DNA of 16,649 nt from Candidatus Hodarchaeota archaeon (GCA_029856365.1 JAHQWW010000082.1:1-16649); one strand, 5' to 3'; counted from the stretch's first letter, positions 7,594 through 16,177 are shown. Translations and numbers: made by a program. The notes: generated from the letters alone by a model not told the origin.

Positions 7594-9900
7594 ATGATAG
7601 TTATATCTTGTCTGATAGCATTTTTTTTCATTCTAGAAGGGATAATCAGTTTTTATCATCCTTTGGTTTCTAATAATGAAACATCAGGACCTATTTCATT
7701 TATTAAAGATGAAACTACAAAATTCCCTCAACTCTCTGCTAGTGAGTGGAACATGGATATAAATCTAGGTAAAGTCAACGCCTCATTCATTGGGGAAAAA
7801 AGTGAGGATGTATCTGGATGGGCCGTGGCTGGTGTGGGTGATGTCAATAATGATGGTTATGATGATATTATTATTGGAGCAACATCAAATAATGAGGGTG
7901 GAGAAAACGCTGGAAAGACATATCTTATCTTTGGTCGTTCAACAGCTCTTTGGCAGATGGATATTAACTTGTCGGAAGCTGATGTCTCCTTTATTGGGGA
8001 AGATAGTCATGACAATTCTGGTTTTGCTGTAGCGGGGGCTGGTGATGTTAATAATGATGGTTATGATGATATAGTGATTGGAGCAAGCGGGGATGAGGAG
8101 GGAGGAAATGATGCAGGCCAGACATACTTGATTCTTGGTCGGCCGACAAATCAATGGCAAATAGATATAGACCTAGCTGAAGCTAATGCTTCTTTTATCG
8201 GAGAAGATTATGCTGATAGTTCAGGATGGTCCGTTACAGGAGTAGGGGACGTCAATAATGATAATTTTGATGATATTGTGATTGGAGCAAGCGGGGATGA
8301 GGAGGGAGGAACTGGCGCAGGCCAGACATACTTGATTCTTGGTCGGCCGACCAACCAATGGCGAATGGATGTAGACTTAGCTGAAGCCAATGCCTCCTTC
8401 ATTGGGGAAGATGGCTTTGATTATTCGGGATGGGCTGTGACAGGTGCTGGAGACGTTAATAATGATAGTTTTGATGATATTCTGATTGGAGCTTATAATG
8501 ATGAGGAGGGGGGACTTGGTGCAGGCCAGACGTACTTGATTCTTGGTCGCCCAACAAATCAATGGCAAATGGATATAGACCTAGCTGAAGCTAACGCCTC
8601 CTTTATCGGAGAAGATAACCTGTATAACTCAGGAAATGCAGTGGCAAGTGTTGGTGATACCAATAAAGATGGTTTTGATGATATTATAATTGGAGCAAGG
8701 GGTAGTTGGGAAGCGGGAAGCGGGTCAGGACAAGCGTACCTGATTCTTGGCCGTCCAACAAATCAATGGCGGGTGGACACAGATCTATCTGAGGCCAATG
8801 CTTCCTTTATTGGGGAAGATAATTATGATGCAGCGGGATGGGCTGTAGCAGGTGCGGGTGATGTCAATAATGACGGTTTTGCTGACATTTTGATTAGCGC
8901 TAGTGGGGATGAAGAGGGAGGAGAAAAAGCAGGTCAAACATACTTGATTCTACCCTATATACCTCCTAAGATAAACATTACTAGTCCAATTAATACGATA
9001 TATAGGCAGAAAAACGTCACTTTAACCTATACTGTATCCAATGGCAAAATCACATTTTACATTGATGGTATAAGAAACACTACAATCCTCCCTAGTGGAT
9101 CAATCCTCTCAAACTTACTAGATGGAATACATAATGTTACATTAGTAGTAGTAGACCAAGGTGAAAATGTGTATATTAACACCATTATCTTTACTTTGGA
9201 TAACACTCCTCCCATTATAACCATTAATTCTCCCACTCCAGGTACTTATACTACCAATATAATAACATTGAGTCTCTTCGGTGGTTCTAACCATTATTGG
9301 TATTATATAGAAGATGTCGACACAACGAATCAAACTTGGACCGCAATCACCGATCGAGCGCTTTCAGACGGGATTTATACTTTGCATGTGTATGGGAATG
9401 ATTCTATTGGGAATGAAGGACATGCAAGTGTAATATTCAGTATTGATACTACTCCACCTAATCTTGTGATTGATTCTCCATTACCAATGATTTATACAAC
9501 CAACACAATTAACATGAATTTCTCTGGTAATGCAGACAACTATTGGTATTATATAGAAAGTATCGATGACACAAATCAGTCATGGAATGAACTAATGAAC
9601 CGGACATTCTCAGATGGTACTTTCATTCTTCATGTATATGGAAATGACTCTGTGGGGAATGAAGCAGTTGTATCTGTGACTTTTACGATAAATACCAATA
9701 CAACAACGAATACACAAGACAGTAAAATAACCACCTCTATCACGAGAAACATTGGAGGAGACGAAATTGTACTTATCCTCAGTACTAGTATTCTAGGAGG
9801 TTTAAGTTTTATTGGAGTTCTTTCTCTAATAATTCGAAGGGAGCTATTGAAAAAAGGGGAGGAACTACCACCAGATAATTTACTTTCTCTTGATGAATAG
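7594..9900 (+). CDS. Cell-surface protein: FG-GAP (integrin-alpha-type) repeats, three Ig-like domains, Thr-rich stalk, C-terminal TM anchor
   Basis: N-terminal hydrophobic segment; six GDVNNDGxDDIIIGA...G.TYLI.G repeats; three PP.I.I.SP...DG...L...D..GN Ig-like units; many N-x-S/T sequons; TM segment IVLILSTSILGGLSFIGVLSLII followed by RR and a short tail. Confidence 0.92.
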   Translation: MIVISCLIAFFFILEGIISFYHPLVSNNETSGPISFIKDETTKFPQLSASEWNMDINLGKVNASFIGEKSEDVSGWAVAGVGDVNNDGYDDIIIGATSNNEGGENAGKTYLIFGRSTALWQMDINLSEADVSFIGEDSHDNSGFAVAGAGDVNNDGYDDIVIGASGDEEGGNDAGQTYLILGRPTNQWQIDIDLAEANASFIGEDYADSSGWSVTGVGDVNNDNFDDIVIGASGDEEGGTGAGQTYLILGRPTNQWRMDVDLAEANASFIGEDGFDYSGWAVTGAGDVNNDSFDDILIGAYNDEEGGLGAGQTYLILGRPTNQWQMDIDLAEANASFIGEDNLYNSGNAVASVGDTNKDGFDDIIIGARGSWEAGSGSGQAYLILGRPTNQWRVDTDLSEANASFIGEDNYDAAGWAVAGAGDVNNDGFADILISASGDEEGGEKAGQTYLILPYIPPKINITSPINTIYRQKNVTLTYTVSNGKITFYIDGIRNTTILPSGSILSNLLDGIHNVTLVVVDQGENVYINTIIFTLDNTPPIITINSPTPGTYTTNIITLSLFGGSNHYWYYIEDVDTTNQTWTAITDRALSDGIYTLHVYGNDSIGNEGHASVIFSIDTTPPNLVIDSPLPMIYTTNTINMNFSGNADNYWYYIESIDDTNQSWNELMNRTFSDGTFILHVYGNDSVGNEAVVSVTFTINTNTTTNTQDSKITTSITRNIGGDEIVLILSTSILGGLSFIGVLSLIIRRELLKKGEELPPDNLLSLDE
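7753..8955 (+). repeat. Six tandem 204-bp (68-aa) FG-GAP coding repeats
   Basis: Units start at 7753, 7957, 8161, 8365, 8569 and 8773 (exact 204-nt period). Example of identity: a 34-nt stretch at 8074-8107 matches 8278-8311. Confidence 0.92.
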
Positions 9901-10040
9901 ATTTCTACTTAAATAACGTTTCAATCAGACATTGTAACATTACTTTGTCGTCGATGACTACATAAATACAAATTAAGTCAGATAAAAAGTTTCTTCATAA
10001 TAACCCTTTAATGTAACCTTGCAATATATAGTTAGTATTT

Positions 10041-10060
10041 TTTTCGAAAATTTTATAAAT
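10041..10060 (+). promoter_or_regulatory. BRE/TATA promoter of the protease-fusion gene
   Basis: TTTTCGAAAATTTTATAAAT: a purine-rich BRE followed by TTTATAAA, about 60-85 nt upstream of the candidate starts at 10119/10143. Confidence 0.6.
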
Positions 10061-10118
10061 AGTTTAGTTATCATTATTTATGTCCCTTAAACGTGGTTTT
10101 TATTATTAAATAACATGT

Positions 10119-11321
10119 TTGGGACATAATGAAGGGATAGCTATGTCCTGTGTAAGTCTATACAGAAGCCAAAACAGGAAGGGCTATTACACCAAACTTG
10201 TCTGCATATCAGTCGTTGTAACTGTATTGATGGCTGTTCCATTTGTGCAAGCTTATTCAACACCTTCCATGACTCCCTTGATAGTCAACATGGATCATTC
10301 CTCCCCAGAAACACAAGTAACTGTCACAGAACTCCAAAAAGAGATTCCTGCAGTCACGGTAAATTACAAAAGTATACAATTCTTTATTGAAACTCTCCGT
10401 ACACATAGCATCATAATTTTTGTGGGTCATGGTAGTTCAAAAGGAATCCACACTGAAGGAGAAGTTGTATGTTACCAAGACCTTATTCTGAACATTGCAC
10501 CAGTTAATATCTTTGCAGCATGTTATTCATATGAAGCAACAAAGCTCAGCACAAAAAAAACCATCCTAGGTTTTAAAGGTCAAATTGATGGTATTCTTGC
10601 AGCTAATTCCATTAATTATTTTATTGGAAAATCTGCCCCTCAATTTGCCAAAAGTAATAATACACCAGAACGAGCAGCAAAAAACATTATTCACCGACTA
10701 GGCGCCCTTGAAGCTGGACAACCAGAAATGTCTTTAAGGTTTGTGTTGGATCCTGGCGGAGGTGGCAGCTCTACTAGTAGTAGCAGCAGCAGCTCTCCAT
10801 ATATGTCGAGTGAAGAGTGGTTATGGTTTGGAGTTAGCCTTATCATAACTATATGTGTACAAGCCCTTCTCATTTGGGGGATTTCTTGGGTTATAGCTAA
10901 ATATGGACAACGATTTGTCAGTGCGTTAGGTAATGCATTCAGTAAGATCTTCAAAAGAGGAGCTTCTGAAATAACCTGGCTCGCCCAAATTGCTCAAAAG
11001 ACCATCAGTGGTGTCACTATTGCTAGCATTGCTAACTGGGCATCTTTGATTTTACGAATCCTTTGTACTGGAGTCACAAAGGTCATAGAAGCAGTCATGA
11101 GTACCGCCAATTGGCTAGATTGGATTGTGGTAGGTGTTTCTATAGCAGCATCTATTTATGCAATATTTCAATCTGGAACAACATCTCTAGCTGTTGGTCT
11201 TGGTATTGCTGCTTGGCCAATTTATAAAGTTGTCATGAATGGAATCAAGAATTATCTTGACCCGGATGGAATTTGGAATCAATATTACTTTGCTTGGTTC
11301 AAGGTTCTGATGATGTTCTAA
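10119..11321 (+). CDS. Secreted clan CD (caspase/gingipain/CHAT-like) cysteine peptidase domain fused by a Gly/Ser linker to a hydrophobic multi-helix domain
   Basis: Signal peptide ending VQA-Y; IIIFVGHG (His codon 10428) and NIFAACYS (Cys codon 10521), then ILGF; linker DPGGGGSSTSSSSSSS; about 170 aa of TM/amphipathic helices. The likely start is ATG 10143, preceded by GAAGGGA. Confidence 0.7.
   Translation: MGHNEGIAMSCVSLYRSQNRKGYYTKLVCISVVVTVLMAVPFVQAYSTPSMTPLIVNMDHSSPETQVTVTELQKEIPAVTVNYKSIQFFIETLRTHSIIIFVGHGSSKGIHTEGEVVCYQDLILNIAPVNIFAACYSYEATKLSTKKTILGFKGQIDGILAANSINYFIGKSAPQFAKSNNTPERAAKNIIHRLGALEAGQPEMSLRFVLDPGGGGSSTSSSSSSSPYMSSEEWLWFGVSLIITICVQALLIWGISWVIAKYGQRFVSALGNAFSKIFKRGASEITWLAQIAQKTISGVTIASIANWASLILRILCTGVTKVIEAVMSTANWLDWIVVGVSIAASIYAIFQSGTTSLAVGLGIAAWPIYKVVMNGIKNYLDPDGIWNQYYFAWFKVLMMF
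10755..10796 (+). repeat. Low-complexity Gly4/Ser-rich linker with AGT/AGC triplet run
   Basis: GGC GGA GGT GGC AGC TCT ACT AGT AGT AGC AGC AGC AGC TCT. Confidence 0.7.
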
Positions 11322-12775
11322 GCTAAACCCTTTTTTTCTTTTTTTGGGGATAACTTGTAATTTTCGACTGAATGGATAGTATTTACCAAAATTGTGTTTG
11401 TTAGATTACTATTTGGTTGATCTTCAATCCAAAATGGTAGGGTGATAAAGGGTGTTTCTACCCATATTTTAGCAAGACCAGTCGATAAAGACTCAAGTAG
11501 AGGAAATACATCCCAGATGAGTGCATAAGGAATGTTTATATCGATTTTATTGAAATTTTGCCACTTCGTTCCAATTAAAAACTCATTTTCTGTCCACTGT
11601 AAGGTGGTTTTTCCAAATAACATCATTATTGAGACAAAAAGCAATCGAAATCCAGCAATAAATATAACAAGGAATAATCCACCGATTATCAGTACTTCTG
11701 CATTAAATCCATGGTCAAAACCCGCTTCGGGAAAAAAAACACTTTGATATCCAAGTCTGAGGTAATAGCTTGCTAATACTGCTGAAATAGGAATACAAGA
11801 TAATCCAATAATAGCGAACAAAATTGTTCCTATCTTTGTCCGATAGAATGCACCTCGTAAAGGATGAGATATTAATTTCTCATTTAATTGCTGATCTGAT
11901 GATGTATCAATAATTGATCTTTTACCTCGAGTCAATCGTGCAGTGGGGGGTAATGGGAAAGTTAATTCTTCTTTAATCTTATACCTTGTGAAAATACTAT
12001 TTTGTAGATAATCACCTAATTCCCGAAACCACTTGAAAGTTATTTTCTCATTATTAGATAGAGTTTGTACAACTTCAATCAAACTGTTCATCATAAGAAA
12101 AATGGGAGTTGTTGCAAGAGATATTTCATGGGTTTTAGTAAAAGTACCAAACCTAGTAATACTAATTTCTTGAGTATTTGTAAAAAGACGTTTAAAAGGT
12201 GCTGCTGCTCCGAATTCTATATCTGAAATATCCTTGAAATGAATACTTCGAGTTTCTAGATAGAGTGGATGATGAAACACTACGAGAAGCATTTGATTTG
12301 AAGTGTCAATTTTCCAAATAACTTTCCTCCTTTGAGACAGTAAAATTGCGAAGATCATCACTGTAACGATTTGAAAGGTCAGAAATCCAATTAAATATCC
12401 TAATTTCTCTGCAGAAGGAATTGCAGGGACAGGTTCTAGGAGATTGAAAGGTCTTGCTAGAATTAGCATGAAATCATTTTCATTTACTATGTAAAGAAAG
12501 AAGAATACAAGCCCAGGAATTAGAAATAGTAGAAACATCCACCTAACTGTTGTTCTAAATTTAACATTCCATTTCTTCGATTTATACATGAATATAGTAA
12601 TAATAGTTATTGCCATTGATAGAAATGCTGAGGTTAACAGTCCAAGAATAGGAACCAAATCTGCAGCAAGAGTTAACCACCCAATAAGGATTATAACGTT
12701 CACTAAATTCTTTAAGATATATTGTTGGTCAGATATTTGGAATACAATAGGGGATTTCATTATTTTTTTCACCAA
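11318..12775 (-). CDS. Polytopic membrane protein (about 6 TM) with two putative bacterial PH-like (bPH) domains
   Basis: Four N-terminal TM segments, a beta-rich unit (WKIDTSNQMLLVV...RSIHFKDISDIEF), two more TMs, then a second similar unit (TTLQWTENEFLIG...INIPYALIWDV). Its stop codon overlaps the stop of the convergent gene. Confidence 0.6.
   Translation of the reverse strand: MVKKIMKSPIVFQISDQQYILKNLVNVIILIGWLTLAADLVPILGLLTSAFLSMAITIITIFMYKSKKWNVKFRTTVRWMFLLFLIPGLVFFFLYIVNENDFMLILARPFNLLEPVPAIPSAEKLGYLIGFLTFQIVTVMIFAILLSQRRKVIWKIDTSNQMLLVVFHHPLYLETRSIHFKDISDIEFGAAAPFKRLFTNTQEISITRFGTFTKTHEISLATTPIFLMMNSLIEVVQTLSNNEKITFKWFRELGDYLQNSIFTRYKIKEELTFPLPPTARLTRGKRSIIDTSSDQQLNEKLISHPLRGAFYRTKIGTILFAIIGLSCIPISAVLASYYLRLGYQSVFFPEAGFDHGFNAEVLIIGGLFLVIFIAGFRLLFVSIMMLFGKTTLQWTENEFLIGTKWQNFNKIDINIPYALIWDVFPLLESLSTGLAKIWVETPFITLPFWIEDQPNSNLTNTILVNTIHSVENYKLSPKKEKKGLA
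11331..11345 (+). terminator. Oligo-T tract, candidate archaeal terminator for the 10119-11321 gene
   Basis: TTTTTTTCTTTTTTT starts 10 nt after the TAA. It also encodes the KKEKK tail of the opposite-strand gene. Confidence 0.4.
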
Positions 12776-12990
12776 TGGATTGTACTATGATAATTCTTAA
12801 ACCATTAAGAAAATTATGTACTTAGGAAATATCCTTTTAAATTTATTAAATCTTTGTCTGGATAATTTAATAGAAAACAAAGTAATATTTCCCTAGTTTT
12901 TTTCAAAGGGCTGGATTAACACTGGAAAAAAGAAGAAGTTAGAAATATTCAAAGATCAGGGTAATACTTCGCTTCTAACTGATTTTATTG

Positions 12991-13620
12991 TTAAGTGAAA
13001 AATCTGATAAAGTCAATATAAGCACTGTAGCCTAACATATTCCCATCTGTTTTGGCAAAGCTGAAAACGACATAATCAACCTTAAAATGCTTTGGGAACC
13101 AAATCCAATTTGGCCAAAAGAGTTTTCTAGTATGCATTCCTTCTTTTACTGACTTTGTTTCAGAGATCCCATTTGTATAATGAACTGTAATTTTAAAAGA
13201 TCCATCTACATCCTTTAAATTCAATATATCCATTGAAAAACTCACTTGAAAAGACCGATACTTTATCTTATGAGCTAGGTTCAATCTTAATATCATACGA
13301 TGAGTTAATGTTGGAAAATTTCCAGAGGATTCAGTAACAAGACAAACGACATCACCATCATTAACCCATGTATTTGAAACATCGCCATAAACTGTTCCAT
13401 ATCCGATATAAACATAGTAACCATTTCCCCATACCTCTTCATATGGAGGGGGCACCCTCATACTATTTGCACAACCTATTGGACAACTACTACTCCTACT
13501 AGGAAATAAGTCTATTCGCATTGCCAGTCCAAGAGTTGGCAAAAATACTCCACCAGACAAAATAAGTAATCCAATTGTGAATAGAATATATTTTTTCATT
13601 ATTTTCAAATTATTTTTCAC
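12991..13620 (-). CDS. Hypothetical secreted beta-rich protein
   Basis: Signal-peptide-like MKKYILFTIGLLILSGGVFLPTLGLA (likely start ATG 13599), a CPIGC motif, and an aromatic beta-strand-rich body ending YIDFIRFFT. Confidence 0.7.
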   Translation of the reverse strand: MKNNLKIMKKYILFTIGLLILSGGVFLPTLGLAMRIDLFPSRSSSCPIGCANSMRVPPPYEEVWGNGYYVYIGYGTVYGDVSNTWVNDGDVVCLVTESSGNFPTLTHRMILRLNLAHKIKYRSFQVSFSMDILNLKDVDGSFKITVHYTNGISETKSVKEGMHTRKLFWPNWIWFPKHFKVDYVVFSFAKTDGNMLGYSAYIDFIRFFT

Positions 13621-13700
13621 CTTTAATGCTTTTCCTTTGTTTTTTTTCTCAAAATACCCTTTATTATGTTCGGAGCTTTGTCTATATAAAGAAACGATAT

Positions 13701-13720
13701 AATATATAAAGTTTTTGAAA
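13701..13720 (-). promoter_or_regulatory. BRE/TATA-like promoter of the secreted-protein gene
   Basis: The minus strand reads TTTCAAAAACTTTATATATT, 80-100 nt upstream of the start, and resembles the 7195 and 10041 elements. Confidence 0.5.
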
Positions 13721-14101
13721 GAAATATCATTACGATCTATAGTTAATATTTCTTCTTATAACTGTCATAAAAAACTTGAAAATCACCATTATCGAGAAAA
13801 GAAGGAATTTAGCTAAGTTAATGGGCCTGATACTTCTTTTGTGACGAAATTTAGAAATTTGTTATTATTTACCTTGATATCCTTGAGATCCCTATTCAAA
13901 CAGTACTACAGTGTTTATTTAATAATTAAATCACACAAGTAGAAAATACCACTTTATAAGAATGCTTAGGGCCTAGATTGGGATGGTCTATTACACTAAA
14001 AACAATCAAGCTGGATTAATTATGGAGATTATGCAAAGAATCATGTCATCTAGCCACAAAAGAAAGTTAAATGACTAGTTTTTTAACACTGAATTCCGTT
14101 T

Positions 14102-14386
14102 TTAACTCAAATATTCGATATTTTTATTTAATTTCTCAATTACTAATGCTAGCCTTTTAAGGAATTCTGTTTCTTTCCATAGATTCGATTGAATCATTTG
14201 TATACGTAATAATATTGCTTGATTTCGAATTAAACGTAATAAAAATATGGAATTAAAATTATTTTCAGATAATAATACGGATTTTGGTATTCCAAAATTG
14301 TTTGACGAGGAAGCTAATGATTCTAGCTCTTCCAATTCTCGTATTAGATATTCCAAATCTTTAGTCGTTTTAGGGGGCTTAAACAT
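14102..14386 (-). CDS. Small hypothetical helical protein
   Basis: 94-aa ATG-started ORF, 69 nt downstream of and co-oriented with the decarboxylase. Amphipathic helical pattern (LEYLIRELEELESL; FLKRLALVIEKL). Confidence 0.55.
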   Translation of the reverse strand: MFKPPKTTKDLEYLIRELEELESLASSSNNFGIPKSVLLSENNFNSIFLLRLIRNQAILLRIQMIQSNLWKETEFLKRLALVIEKLNKNIEYLS

Positions 14387-14455
14387 CTCATATTCTTCCT
14401 AGGTCTATAATATTACTACTAAATAAGATTTAAGGGCGAATTTCCGACTTCCAGC

Positions 14456-15910
14456 TTAAATAATTGTATTTTCTAACTCATTTGCTTTTCTTTTCACTGC
14501 ATTGACAAAAATTTTGAGATCTTCCCTTTTTGTTCTATGATTTGTGATTGCTACCCTAATCGTATAATTACCATTTAATGTAGTATGGGAAGGTACTGCG
14601 AGACCCTGCTCCTGAAGTTGGAGTACAATTTCCTCATTCAATTTATTGAGTCGTTCCTGATCCATACCCTCTTTCTTAAATCTGAAACACACAATATTCA
14701 TTGAGGTTGGGGCTAATAATTCCAAATTTTCTTCATTTTTGATCAATTCTGTTAAATATTTAGCATGCTGAATATTCTGCTCAATCAATCGACCAAACTT
14801 TTCTAATCCATGTTCCTTCAGACTCATCCAGATTTTTAGGGCTTTAAACTCTCCAGATAATTCAATACCATAATCACTGAACCATATCTCAGCCCCTCCT
14901 ACTCCTCGAGTACTATGTGATAAATATTCTGGAACAAGTGCAAATGAGTCGTGATGATCTCTTTGACTTTTGACCAATACGCATCCAGCAGCGTAATTAA
15001 TATGCAACCATTTATGAAAATCTATAGCAATCGAATCTGCACGCTCTAAACCATCTGCAAGGTGATGTGATTCTGGTGTTAGTTTAGTTAAAGCACCAAA
15101 GGCACCATCAATATGAAACCACATGTGAAATTGTTCCGCAATATCTGCAAGAGAGTTAAGATCATCGATAGCTCCTGTATTTACAGTACCAAGATTACCA
15201 ATAACACAGATAGGCTTGTAACCCTTCTGTTTATCATTAGTAATCATTTTCTGCAATTCCTCAAGATTAATTTGAAAATCTTCATTAACAGAGATTTTCC
15301 TAAGATTTTTACTCCCGATCCCTAATAACTCTACTGCTTTTTGAAGACAACTATGCGCCTCAGTAGAGCAATAATATGTTAATTTGGTATTTATAGATTG
15401 TAAACCTTTTTCTCGTACATTAAATCCTGCTTTTGTGTTCCGTGCAACAGTCAGGCCAATAATGCTTGCCATGGAAGCACCTCTAGTTATTAATCCTGAC
15501 GCTTGCGCTGTATACCCTAACATTTGCTTAACCCATTCTATCACTTGTTGTCCCACATAATTGGCTACATGCTCTAATCCCCCAGAAGGTTGATTTAATG
15601 CTGAAGCGATTAAGTCTCCAAAAGCACCAAATAAGGTACCCGTACCTACAACCCATCCCCAGAAGTACGGATGGGTATTCCCCAACGTATATGGGATAAT
15701 ATTTTCTTTTATTTCATCGTAAATCGTTTCAATCGTCTGACCTTCTTTTGGTACTACTTCTTTAAAACTACTTTTCACTTCTAGTGGGATTGGTTGCCAT
15801 ACTGGTTGCTCACGTATATTCTTTAGATGTTCAATCATATCATCGATAATCTGATGACCTAATTTTCTCAATCCGTTCCAATTTTTAGGATCTAATGTCT
15901 CTTCTGCCAA
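14456..15910 (-). CDS. Group II PLP-dependent decarboxylase (aromatic-L-amino-acid/glutamate/DABA decarboxylase family)
   Basis: HPYFWGWV, AHSCLQKAVELLGIG, GTVNTGAIDDL, WFHIDGAFG, DFHKW (PLP lysine), NIVCFR. TTG start with GGAGG RBS at 15920-15924. Confidence 0.95.
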   Translation of the reverse strand: MAEETLDPKNWNGLRKLGHQIIDDMIEHLKNIREQPVWQPIPLEVKSSFKEVVPKEGQTIETIYDEIKENIIPYTLGNTHPYFWGWVVGTGTLFGAFGDLIASALNQPSGGLEHVANYVGQQVIEWVKQMLGYTAQASGLITRGASMASIIGLTVARNTKAGFNVREKGLQSINTKLTYYCSTEAHSCLQKAVELLGIGSKNLRKISVNEDFQINLEELQKMITNDKQKGYKPICVIGNLGTVNTGAIDDLNSLADIAEQFHMWFHIDGAFGALTKLTPESHHLADGLERADSIAIDFHKWLHINYAAGCVLVKSQRDHHDSFALVPEYLSHSTRGVGGAEIWFSDYGIELSGEFKALKIWMSLKEHGLEKFGRLIEQNIQHAKYLTELIKNEENLELLAPTSMNIVCFRFKKEGMDQERLNKLNEEIVLQLQEQGLAVPSHTTLNGNYTIRVAITNHRTKREDLKIFVNAVKRKANELENTII

Positions 15911-16177
15911 AAATGGGTTCCTCCAACATTTAGAATCGTTTTGTATCTAAAATGAGGTGATTCAGCAAAAATTAATGAACCTACTTAATTCAAGCTGGTT
16001 GGTATGTAAACATCGTCAAGTTTTGAGTGATACTAACTCTGGGATCTAAAATAGCTGGTTTAGAGAGAAAAAGTTTTCAACAATATTTTATTCTGATGAG
16101 ACGTCGTCGATGGCTGCTTTAAATATATTTGAGAAATAAATAGTAGTATTGAAAGGCTTCAGTAAGAAGGATTAATT

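Noticed and set aside
7753-8955. Possible CRISPR array or DGR template/variable repeat
   Set aside because: The repeats are in-frame coding units with mostly synonymous differences. There are no unique spacers, no evident adenine-specific pattern, and no cas or RT gene in the window.
7790-9333. Short alternative-frame and antisense ORFs in the FG-GAP gene
   Set aside because: By-products of the coding repeats; their mutual similarity just mirrors the 204-bp unit.
9835-9900. Acidic dileucine sorting motif in the tail (EELPPDNLL)
   Set aside because: The spacing fits neither [DE]xxxL[LI] nor DxxLL.
12910-14019. GCTGGATTAA direct repeat at 12910 and 14010 flanking the secreted-protein gene
   Set aside because: A 10-bp match is expected by chance in AT-rich DNA; no transposase, integrase or inverted repeats.
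10691-15325. ORFs 10691-10954, 11532-11747, 12588-12800, 15113-15325
   Set aside because: Antisense shadows of longer, better-supported genes.
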